Positions 53,006 through 64,000 of a stretch of 64,000 bases of DNA are shown here, one piece after another. Location of the stretch: assembly GCA_040954595.2 (NCBI GenBank), contig CM082591.2:9751309-9815308 (forward strand), given 5' to 3'. The notes beneath the pieces are model-generated. The model was not told the origin of the DNA and made no database searches. It worked only from the letters and a program-made list of their open reading frames with translations. The stretch's first letter is position 1; every line of letters starts with the position of its first letter. This stretch comes from Balanoglossus misakiensis. Its lineage: Eukaryota; Animalia; Hemichordata. The position numbers and the translations under genes are program-made.

Positions 53006-53078
53006 TCTTAAACACAGCATTTCAACGTATGCCGGAGGAGGAAGAGAATACCTAGGCCTGATCCAAGACCGCTTTCCG
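53006..53078 (+). ncRNA. Exon B1 (73 nt)
   Basis: TACTAAT branch point, the same acceptor TATTTGATTCACAG, donor CCG|GTAAGC. Confidence 0.7.
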
Positions 53079-53339
53079 GTAAGCCCTACTTGCTGTATAC
53101 ATGCTCCATAGCTTGTTTGTAAATGCTACCTTTTCCCATCAAATAGTGAAGTCACCCTTTTAAAATTATGGTGGTGGCAAGCCACAACTGGTTATCATGA
53201 AGAGTTGGACACCACTAATAATCATTTCAATATTTTCCAATTGGTAACCTTTATGTACCACTATCCTCAACAATTTCAGTCAACAAGATTCATATTGCGC
53301 TGTATAGCAAGGCCAAACAAATATGACTGATTGATAGGG

Positions 53340-53383
53340 ATTTTTAGCTCACGTGATTTTCACGTGAGCTTATAGTTTAGCGA

Positions 53384-53449
<66 letters not shown>

Positions 53450-55630
53450 TGTATACCCGATATCTCAAGAACCGCTGAACCGATTTCAACCAAATTTAGT
53501 ACACATGTTCAGATATCATATGGCAAGAACTGAAAAGGTTTTGGTGGGTGTGGCTTTGATATTAATGAAGTTATTAAAGTTTTAATTTTTCTATTACATG
53601 GTTTTTTATGAGAGCTTTCGTTAATGCCGCATATATGACCAGTGGAAACGATAGTTTGAGGAGATCGACTGTTTGAGGGCGCTGTGAAATGAGAAAGTCC
53701 AGTTTGGCTGTAGCTTGGGCTGTAGCTGTGTTATAGTATATAGCTCTGTGCTCAGACAGTGTACTCGTCGTTACAGTTACACAGTTTCAGGATCTAAATG
53801 GCAAGAACTGGAAAGGTTTTGGTAGGTGTGGCTTGGATAGTAATGAAATTATCAAATTTTTAATTTGTGAAATGAGACATTCCTGGCGATATTGCCGTGG
53901 TTCTGTCCATGCTGAGACGCTGTACCCGTCGTTACGAATAACTTCCCTACGTGAATCCACAAGGAAGCTAACGTTGTTTAGTTGCTTCATAGAGTGTAAA
54001 TTGTTAATCTACAGTCAATCTCAAAATGTCACCAGGCTTTCTATTTGTCTATTGTTCAGAGAAAAATAACATGGCACTAAACAGTAAAATCCGTTTTGTG
54101 TGTTTATAGGCAGTCTGTTATCGCCAATACTATATAGCGATTGCTAGATGGCCTACCCAATATGTGATCGAGCGAGAATGATAACATTGAATGTCTGTTC
54201 AGATCTCATGCCGTACGTCATACGTCAACATTTCGATTTCGATTTAATCCATTCATAAAGAATTTAGAGAAAGTCGTCTTGAATTGTGACCCCGACTATC
54301 AATTTTACGATGATTTTTTGGCGACGGAATACACGAGACGCCATTGCATTATAACTAGGTCAGCTGGACTTCCAAGGTTACCATTTTGTGTGTATGGAAT
54401 CTTATCACAGAGACCACGTACTTTGACAATATGCCATGCTATATCAATGACGCCCCAGAAAATCTGTCGAAAAATGAATTTGTCTTCTCATGGTGGTGCA
54501 ATATATTTTAATGTCTATTTTGAGGTTGATTTTGGTTTTTGGCTAACATGTATATCAATGTCAGCTTATAGCAATATTAACTGGAACAATGTTCAAATAG
54601 TCAAAATTGAAAAACTTAATAACAGCGGATCAGATTCAGTTAAAAATTGGCGTGCATTGGTGTGCAAGTACTTTGGGAAGACCTCGTATGATTTTGTTCA
54701 GGTGGAGTCAGTATCTGGCGTTTGCTATTTTTTTATGAATTTTGGGGGGAATTTTCTGCAGTTTTGTTAAAAAAATTTCTTCTCTGAAATTACATGTCCA
54801 ATTGATTGGAAACTTGGTATGGAGGTTCATAGGGCTTACCTGAATCACATTTGTGCAAACGGTGGTGAAATTTGCAAAAATGCATTTTTGGGCAATATTT
54901 CCTGTTTTTGTCAAAAAATCAAATCCTGTGAAACTGTAAGTGCAATTGTTTTGATACTTTGTATTTGGGTTCCTAGGGGTGATCTCAGTCAGATATGATC
55001 AAATTGTAATGAAATTTGCATAATTGTATTTTTTGGGAATTTCTGCAGGGTTTGGCCAAATAGTCTTCAGTAAAACCACAAGTCCAATTGATTGGAAACT
55101 TTGAATGGGAATTCATATATGTGATATCAGTCAGATTTGTCTGAATTTCCTGTTGTTTGCCAAAATGTCTTCCTTATTGAAACTTGTTAAAGAGGTTCTT
55201 AGGCATGAACAGAAATCAAGACCTGATGTAAACTCAGAATTGAAAAGAAATGTTTTCATTCAAATATTGTCGAAATATCAATATGTGTGATAGTGTACTT
55301 TTCTATCCTGGTTATGGTTTAAATATGGAGTTGTCACAATAATGAAATAATAAGAGGCACTGATCAGTATTCAACAATTAGGTTACAAGGGGGAGTGCAG
55401 GGGTTTCAAGCTAAACTTATTTTTTGTTATTTGACATCGTCCCTAACCCCTTACAAAAATTGACAAGGCAACAATTCCACAAACATGTTTACATTTCACA
55501 ATGGTGCAACACACAACCCTTACACCATATACAATATAAACCAAAATGGTTTAGCACTGGTTTTTCTAATCTTGTTATTCTGTCAACCAATCACAGTACT
55601 GCACGTGAGCATATTCAGTTAATATCTGGT
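53340..55630 (+). mobile_element. Helentron-associated (HINE/DINE-1-like) non-autonomous element
   Basis: T-run + AGCTCACGTG-ATTTT-CACGTGAGCT inverted repeat, (TG)n, core, and a 3' subterminal CACGTGAGC at 55602. Absent from the duplicate copy near 59895. Boundaries approximate. Confidence 0.7.
53388..53448 (+). repeat. (TG)~30 microsatellite
   Basis: Read directly; it produces the spurious MCVCVCV ORF. Confidence 0.98.
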
Positions 55631-56835
55631 TCTGAAAATGTGACAAAATCAACAAATCAACAATAATCAGTCACCAATCATGCATTATGTGTTATTCGAG
55701 GGAACCTGAGCGGGTCCCATAAACCTGCCAACCCATGCTAGCCATGACTTTACAAATGTTTTCGTCATACTATGCAGAAAATTCTGGCTGCCTTAAATAG
55801 GTTTTCACTTTGCGCTAGGTGTCAAATCTCATTGCATTCTGGGCGGAAAGTCCATAACCAACTCTAGTAAGAGATAGAAGAAATGATATGTTTACTGTAT
55901 GTCATGACTTCCTTTGGTCAAACATTTCTGTCTCGGTAGTTAGCATATTAAACTTTTTTCACTTTTGCTATTTTTTCTATTAAAAAGTTCAAGAATGACC
56001 CATCATCATTTTAGCTTATGAACTCTCATTTCTTTAACATGGCAAAAATCGGCCATCTTGAAATTGTCGACCGTATGAGATTTTCATCACTCATTTAGGG
56101 TATCTTAAAACGTGTTTAAAGTAGGGAGAATTGTATAGGCATGACTTGGGCTGTAAATTTGATGAAATAGCTACATGCCTATTGTTCACAAGCAGCTGAC
56201 TGTACTGTAAGACTGGAAGTGTTGTTTTCATATTTTACATATTCAATATTTGTAATTAGACCATGTCATGTATATCTTGGGGATTGCTCGATCGCAATGT
56301 CTCTGCTGGTACAATGTCCTTTTAACATGTTCAGTAATATGGTAGTAATTGTAAGTTTGTGTGCGGCATTTGTAAATTATTTACAATTTATAAATTATTT
56401 TGTAAGTTTCTTCATTCTCAAATTGCTTGCCTAACGTACTGCATTAACATTTACATTTCGGTATGATTTTGAGTAGACTTTTTGTTTCAAAATTATTTTC
56501 GACACTTTTGGGTGATATGATTTTACATGGAAAATCTGATTTCCCTGTAATTCGGTTGACAGGATTTTCACCATATCTCTAAATCATGAAGTACATGTAT
56601 CAGAATTGCATCAGGCCCCCAAAATTCTAGTCGCCTTTGGCAAGTAATATTAGCCATTGATCTGGGAAAGTTACAAAAATGTGTTGTCCAAGGACGTTGA
56701 AGGTACATGTGGTTTTTACACTTGCTGCATGTTTATAATTTGCAATAGAAATAGACACTCAGTGCCAGCCCACTATCCCGTCTCCTTATTGCTGACTTGT
56801 ATGTATGTATGTATGTACGCATTTTATCAGAATTA

Positions 56836-58330
56836 TTAGGTCCCATTTGGTATATGTATTTATACCATGGTACCATACGGGATCAGTTGCACCTGTATGT
56901 ATGGATGTTTGTATGTCCATCAACATCAAACATTTGGAAACTACTGGCATTTCACATTGATATTTAATGTGCAGACAGGGCAGTAGATGGGAGTTTGTCT
57001 AAGTGAAGTTGTCATTGCCAAAATATGCAAATTAGCTGGGAAAGTGTCAAATTCGTCAAAACTTGGGAACTCAACAACTACTGGGCAAATTGCTTTCAAA
57101 ATTGATAATTGGTATGCATGTACCTTATGGTATCCTCTCACAATTCTACATGTTGTGAGCTAATAATGTGAATTTTCTATTTTTAAGCATTTTTTTGTCT
57201 CTTTCCACATTGTCGGTAAAAACCTACTTTTCTGGAATTGATCAGCTGACTTGTTTGAAATTTATTATGAAGCTTCATAGGTGATCTGAGTTACCAACCA
57301 TAGTTTTGTTTAAATTGTTGCAAAAAATTGCGTATTTATAATTTTGGAGCAATTTTTAGGTCCCATTTGGTTTATGTACATATATACGATTGGGACCTTA
57401 TGGAATCAGTTGCATTTGTATGTATGAGTGAATGGATGAAAACCGCTGGGCATATCACTTCCATATTTAGTGTGTAGATGCAGGCGGGGCTGTAGATGGG
57501 ATTTTGTTCAAATGAAATTGTCATTGCCAAAATATTACCTATGTAAATGTGAAATTGGTCAAAAGTCAGAAACTTGACAACCACTGGTCAGATTGGTATG
57601 TCAATGAACCCCATACAGTCCTGTATGTTGTGAGCTAATATTATGAATTTTCTAATGTTTATTAATTTTTTTGTCTTTTTCCACGTTATTGGTAAAAAAA
57701 AACTTCACTTCTGAAAGCGACAGTCCGACTCCTTCGAAATTTAGTATGAAGCTTCCTATAGGTGGTCCGAGTTACTATATTTTTGGTTCAGATTGTTGTA
57801 AAATAGACATATTTATAATTTTGAGCAATTTTGCCAATTATGGTCAGAATGCTTTGCAATTTGGTAGGCAGATTCCCAGGGGTAACCCAAGTAAGATGTC
57901 ATAAAAATGGTTAAAACTGCGTGCTTGTGTTATTGGGGATATTTTTGGCAATCTTTGTCAAAAACTGTTTTCTCTTAAACCGTTCAAACCGTTGTCAGAT
58001 TGCTTTGAATTTTGGCAGGAATGTTCCTTGTAGTGGTTGAAGTAAGATGGTGTACAATTATAGAGATTTTTGCATATTTGTGTTTTTGCCACTTTTGAAC
58101 AAATGTGTTTTTCTTTGAAACTGCTTTTTTGATGGCTTTGAAATATGGTAGGAATATTCCTAGGGGTAACCCAATTTTTTCTGATTGCTTTGGAAGTTAG
58201 TTAACAATTTCATAACACATGTACATGTATGTGCAACTTTGATTAAATTCTGGTTGTCAATATTTAGGTAGTTTGTTGTAAATTTCTTTGTTTTTGGATA
58301 GCAAATCTTTTTAACCAATTGCTCAGTTTC
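56836..58330 (+). mobile_element. Second HINE-like repeat family, tandem ~0.5-kb modules (heads at ~56836, 57355; further copies ~61688, 62185, 63941)
   Basis: Recurrent head TTAGGTCCCATTTGG...GGGACCTTATGG(A/G)ATCAGTTGC (short inverted repeat) followed by (GTAT)n-like microsatellite and a shared core. Confidence 0.6.
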
Positions 58331-58440
58331 TGTGAAAGTTACTGTTAACAAGGAGAGTTAGTACACCCAACTTAGACTTTTACACCCAACTTAGAGCTAC
58401 TATGACTGGTTACTAACTTCTATATCTATTTGATTCACAG

Positions 58441-58515
58441 ATGCTGCCTGAAATTGTCTGCATTTCAACTCGGGATTCTCTTCCTCGTCTGGGGCGAGTT
58501 TAAGACCGCTCAATG
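58441..58515 (+). ncRNA. Exon A2 (75 nt), duplicate of A1
   Basis: Same splice signals as A1; 4 substitutions relative to A1. Confidence 0.7.
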
Positions 58516-59692
58516 GTAAGCATGACTTGCTGTATATTTGCTTTTATCGGGCGTGGCACAACCGAAACAATAGGAAGCAATGTATGTCTACGAACTAATT
58601 TACACCTTCCAGTTATCAATACGTTTTTCCTTCGAATTCTAGCCTCGATTGCCTGTGATATGATCATGATGACATGAATTAAATGGTCAAGTTCAAATCT
58701 TCATGTGAAGCATAAATTAAATTTGGATGCATTTCCTTAACCATATAGCTAGAAATTACTCCCATACCAATACACGGGGAGATACCGTAATTTTGGCTGA
58801 AAGTGTGCTAGTCCAACACTATGCTTCATCAAACTGGCTAAGAGATCTATTATTATATATAGACACATGAAGGAAAGTAATGTTGTTTATAGTGAAATAA
58901 AACAATACCTTAGGCCACAAAGAAAAATATAGATCACGACACAAACAGGCTGGAGTTTTTTTCAAAAATGTGTGCATAAGATAATATTGGCCCATGGTAA
59001 CCAAAGCCAAAGCAGCCCAGTTCCAAATTCGAAACTCGGCTCAGTACCAGAAACTTGCTCAAAGCTACCAAATGCACAGAAAGTTTTGAGAATCTAGATG
59101 AAAAATCACCAAGCGACTAGTGCGCTTGTCTATGTTCAATGTGTCTTCCCTGGTAACAACATGTACTTCCGCCACCATGCCATGAGATATACTGACAGCC
59201 ACGTTTGAAACATTTTAGTATACTGATATTCAAAGTTTAAATGTAAAGACTTACTTTTCTATAGTAAAATAAATGTTTTATAATTGCCAACAATTTACAT
59301 TCTTGCGCTAATCAGTTGTATGAAAAGTGAGGTGGATCAAATGTAAGTTTCATTTTCACAACAAACATAAAGAAATCATTGTACAGTGTTACGTAGATGT
59401 CAAAGTGTGTGTACACCTGGCGTTTAGAGATATGATGTCAGTTTCACTTGTCACCTAACTACCATGTTTGTGGTATACCCATGTGGACCACTTTACTGCA
59501 GTACTGATGTAAATGGAGTTTCAAGATCGCTGTTACAGATTTCTCTGATTCGTATTCCACGTACATTATCGCAGCACAGTCTGACCCTATATTATACCAT
59601 GTTTTGCATATTTTCACTAATTAGCATGGCCCACATAATTCTAAAGCAAGGTTGATTGGTTACTAATTGATATGCATATATTTGATTCACAG

Positions 59693-59765
59693 TCTTAAAC
59701 ACAGCATTTCAACGTATGCCGGAGGAGGAAGAGAATACCTAGGCCTGATCCAAGACCGCTTTCCG
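59693..59765 (+). ncRNA. Exon B2 (73 nt), identical to B1
   Basis: Same splice signals; 73/73 identical to B1 while the flanking introns show many differences. Confidence 0.7.
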
Positions 59766-60203
59766 GTAAGCACAACTTGCTGTATACATGCTCCATAGCT
59801 TGTTTGTAAAGGCTACCTTTTCCCATCAAATAGTGAAGTCGCCCTTTCAAAATTATGGTGGTGGCAAGCCACAACTGGTTATCATGGAGAGTCCCATATA
59901 AACTTACCAGCCCAAGCTAGCCATGACTTTACAAATGTTTCCGTCATACTATGCAGAAAATTCTGGCTGCCTTAAATAGGTTTTCACTTTGCGCTAGGGG
60001 GTCAAATCACATTGCATTCTGGGCGAAAAGTCCACAACCCACTGTAGTAAGAGATGGAAGAAATGATACATTTTGTGTATTTCATGCTTTGGTCAAACAT
60101 GTCTGTCTCTGTAGTTAGCATATTAAACTCATTAAACTTTTTTCACATTTTGTTATTTTGTCTGTTAAAAAGTTCAAGAATGACCCATTATCACTTTAGC
60201 TTA

Positions 60204-60984
60204 GGCTTCATTCACAAACACCTCTGGAGGGGGGGAGGGGAGAATTCAATTTTTTACTGCTAATTTTCACATGCCCCCCCCCCCCGTACACAACCCGAAA
60301 TATTTTCAAATCCCCCACCCCCTTCTGAACTGCCAAAATTTTGAAACCCCCCCCCCCCATTTTCTTTCACAGAGCAAAACACATCACCTATCTATCTTGT
60401 AAAAAAGAAAAACAGAGCTCCCATGAAAAGATTTTGAAACTGATGTTTCCCCTCATCAGTGGGTATTAAAACTGAACATGGTTTTTATTTTTTAAGTATT
60501 TGTATTCTGTGTTGGGAGACATTGTAAACCGAGAATTGAAGGGGGTAGGGTGTGGGAAGGGGTGTCCCCCTCCCACGTAAGAAAATTTTATAAAGTACAG
60601 AGCTCAAAGCTGCATTTTTATGAACCCGGCAAAAGCAAATTAACTCAACTACCGGTATGTTGGGGAGGATAAATTTAACCGTTGCCGCTCAAAGTTATCA
60701 TGGGGTGGGGGCAAGTCCCCTGACCTGGGACACTAGATAAACCAGTCAATGATTGAAAGGTGTTGATGAATGGAGGGGGTGGGTGTGGGAAGGGGTGTAA
60801 AATAAAGGGCGCGAAACTGCATTTTTGTGGACTCAAAATAAATATTTAGTCGTCAAAGTTTTCAAGTCCCCCCCTTTCAGTCCCTAAATTATTTCACATC
60901 CCCCCTACATACCCTCAATTTTTTCGAATCCCTCCCTCAATTCTCCTGCCCCCCCCCCCTCCAGAGGTGTTTGTGAATGCAGCC
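60204..60984. mobile_element. 781-bp PIF/Harbinger-type MITE
   Basis: TIR GGCTTCATTCACAAACACCTCTGGAGGGGGG / CCCCCCTCCAGAGGTGTTTGTGAATGCAGCC with TTA TSD. The empty site TTAGCTTATGAAC is at ~56011-24. Confidence 0.92.
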
Positions 60985-63900
60985 TTATGAACTCCCATTT
61001 CTTTAACATGGCAAACATCGGCCATCAATTGTCGACCATATGAGATTTGCATCACTCACTAAGGGTAGCTTAAGGGAGAATTGTATAGGCATGACTTGGG
61101 CTGTAAATTTGATGAAATAGCTACATGCCTATTGTTAACAAGCAGCTGACTGTACTGAAAGACTGGAAGTGTTGTGTACTTATTTTACATATTCAATATT
61201 TCTAATTAGACCATGTCATGTATATCTTGGGGATTGCTCGATCGCAATGTCTCTGCTGGTACAATGTCCTTTTAACTTGTACAGTAATATGGTAGTGATT
61301 GTAAGTTTGTGTGCGGCATTTGTAAATTATTTTCAATTTATAAATTTTTTGTAAGTTTCTTCATTCTCAAATTGCTTGCCTAACGTACTGCTTTAAAATT
61401 TAAATTTTTGTATGATTTTGAGTAGACTTTTTGTTTCAAAATTATTTTCGACACTTGACATTTTTGGGTGATATGATTTTACATGGAAAATCTGATTTCC
61501 CTGTAATTCGGTTGACAGGATTTTCACCATATCTCTAAATCATGAAGTACGGTACATGTATCAGAATTGCATCAGGCCCCCAAAATTCTAGTCGCCCTTG
61601 GCAAGTAATATTAGCCATTGTTGTCCAAGGACGTTGAAGGTACAAGTGGTTTTTACACTTACTATGTAGGCATTTTATCAGAATTATTAGGTCCCATTTG
61701 GTGCAGGTATATGTATTTATACCATGGGACCTTATGGGATCAGTTGCACATGTATATATGGATGTCTGTATGGATGTTTGTCTGTATGTCTGTCAATATC
61801 AAACACTTGGAAACCACTGGCATGTGACCTTGATATTTAGTGTGGAGATGCAGGCAGGGCAGTAGGTGGGAGTTGTCAAAATGAAGTTGTCATTGCCAAA
61901 ATATGCAAATTAGCTGGGAAAGTGTCAAATTCGTCAAAACTCGGGAACTCGACAACTACTGAGCAAATTGCTTTCAAAATTGAAAATTGGTATTCCTGTA
62001 AGTTATGTTAACCTCACACAGTTCTATATGTTGTGAGCCAATAATGTGAATTTTCTATTTTTTATGTATTTTTTGTCTCTTTCCACATTATTGGTAGAAA
62101 ATCTTCTTTTCTGGAATTGATCAGCTGACTTATTTGAAATTTAGTATGAAGCTTCATAGGTGATCTGAGTTATCATAGTTTTGTAAGGTCCCATTTGCTT
62201 TACCATGGGACCTTATGATATCGGTGGATGTATGTATGTATGTCCGTCCACATCACAAACTTGAAAACCGCTGAGCATATGACCTCGATATTTGGTGTGT
62301 AGATGCAGGCCAGGCTGAAGATTGGAGTTTGTTCAAATGAAGCTGTCATTGCCAAAAATATGCAAATTAGCTAGGAAAATGTGAAATTGGTCAAAACTCA
62401 AACTCAACAACCACTGGTCACATTGATTTGAAAATCAGTATGCATGTACCTTATGTCTACCTCAAACAGTCCTGTATGTTTTGAGCTAATATTATCGATT
62501 TTTAATTTTTTATGCCAAAAATCTTTTATGCATTTTTTGTATTTTTCCACATTATTGGTAAAGAAATCATCATTTCTAAAAGTTATAGGCCTCATTCTTT
62601 AAATTTTAGTATGAAGCTTCTAATGGTTGTCTGAGTAACCAAAGTTTTGTTCAAATTGTTGAAAAATTTGCATATTTTAATTTTGAGCAATTTTGCCATT
62701 TTTGGTCATTTTTTTTTCTTTAAAACTGCATGCCAGATTGATTTGGTAGGCATATTCCTAAGGGTAAACTGAGTAAGATGTTGTAAAAATGTGATATTAT
62801 ATATTGTGTTATTGGAGAGGGGGGGGGGGGGGGAGGGTTACTCAAACATTTATAACACCCAGCAACTTTTGGTACTGGCAGTGTTTGTCCTCCAATGATT
62901 TCAACATCCTGCTAGGAATACAACCTCTCCTCAACTTCATAAATATAGGGCATGACATTGCAGGTTTTTTTAGAACACTGTTTAAAATAACCCTCATCAA
63001 GCCTGTTAACTTATTTAGACAGACTATTATCCAGAATGAAACGAAACATGAATGCAATAAAAAGATCTTGTGCAATAAAAACCAAGTTGATCATAACAAT
63101 CATTTGCTACGTACAACATGTACATCACTAATAGAAGTTATGGCTATAAGCATAAACCTGTTTGTTTTGCTATCTTCACTATTCATGTTATCTGACTATA
63201 TTAATACATTTGCAAGCATACTGTTTCAGACATAGCGAATTTGATAAACATCTACAAATATATTTTTACCTGTTGAAGTTATCAAAATCCAGACACTTGA
63301 CAAAAGTAGATTTTTCATCCCCTCTATAGATTGATAGTCTAACATAACAGGCAATCTGTTTCTAACAACTGCAGAAGCCTTCATAAAAAGTTGTTGGCCA
63401 GAATGAAAGCTTGGGGGGACGTAGGATTTCCTACTTTTTAGGTTATTTTTTCTATGGCCCCAAAAAGTTATGACACAAAATTGATGACCCCCCTTGGAAT
63501 TTATAATCCCCCCCCCCCCTTATCATACCCTGTCCATATTCTTATAAATGTCAATAAACGCCATACGGTCCTGTATGTTTTGTTTTGAGCTAATATTATG
63601 AATTTTCTATTTTTATTGTTTTGTCTTTTACTGCATTATTGGTAAAAAAAATCTTCCTTTCTGAAAGCGATAGTTTTTGTTCAAATTGCAAATTGTTGTG
63701 AAATTGGTATATTTATAATTTTGAGCAATTTGTATCCATATTCAAATAAATATGAAAAGAAATTTCTCACAGATATTATTTACTTTGATAATACTATCAT
63801 TCGTGCAACAACTAATCAATCAAACAGTCAATAATCATAAATTGGGAGTTCAAAAATATCTATGAGGGAGATTTAAAACCCTGTTAGCAACAACTATTTG

Positions 63901-64000
63901 CCATGTTTTCAGTATTAATGTTTTGTGTAGCTTCTGCAGTTTTTAGGTCCCATTTGGTATGTACCATGGGCCTTATGGAATCAGTTGCGTCTGTATTTAT

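Larger units (their letters stand above)
51956..62800 (+). repeat. Older tandem segmental duplication: copy 1 ~51956-58392, copy 2 ~58393 to at least 62800
   Basis: Colinear blocks (exons A/B; 55715-56700 vs 59895-61640; 56820-57900 vs 61670-62800) with moderate divergence and copy-specific TE insertions. Confidence 0.9.

Noticed and set aside
51151-53078. Protein-coding reading of the E1/A/B exons
   Set aside because: The E1 ATG gives only 35 aa (stop at 52064-66), and all A1/A2 changes are non-synonymous in that frame. The alternative frame open through A and B (3 of 4 changes synonymous) is closed by a TGA at the E1|A1 junction and by TAG in B when entering A2; 73-nt B shifts frame. An unseen upstream exon could revive this reading.
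53391-54914. MCVCVCV ORF and the 163-aa ORF at 54279-54770
   Set aside because: Microsatellite translation and open frames inside a non-autonomous repeat; no known motifs.
62804-63400. Possible decayed coding/TE fragment interrupting the HINE-like repeat
   Set aside because: No motif I can recognise; a BLASTX search would be needed.
1-64000. CRISPR array or prokaryotic system
   Set aside because: No short repeat-spacer pattern or cas-like ORFs. Spliceosomal signals, a LINE and MITEs indicate animal nuclear DNA.

Overview
Eukaryotic (animal, probably marine invertebrate; inferred from TE types only) repeat-rich DNA with no recognisable host protein gene, rRNA, tRNA or CRISPR. Bases 1-50737 are a head-to-tail macrosatellite of ~2.52-kb units (about 18 near-complete units plus two internally deleted ones, roughly 99% identical by eye). 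Each unit is a mosaic containing a Harbinger-type MITE, an 88-bp fold-back element with a 9-bp TSD and a Kolobok-like end. The array is interrupted by a 1.18-kb CAC...GTG TIR element (15522-16704) and by a full-length APE-type LINE (37654-42512, minus strand). The LINE's ORF1 carries a 2A ribosome-skipping motif, and its ORF2 has one in-frame stop. Right of the array lie a promoter-like segment and a series of short paralogous exons (E1 ending 51195, A1 52004-52078, B1 53006-53078, A2 58441-58515, B2 59693-59765). These have no continuous ORF, but they base-pair with each other across splice junctions, and all four A1/A2 substitutions preserve that pairing. The best candidate for a new system is therefore a spliced, modular hairpin ncRNA. 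The short ORFs repeated in the ORF track are by-products of the tandem repeat.
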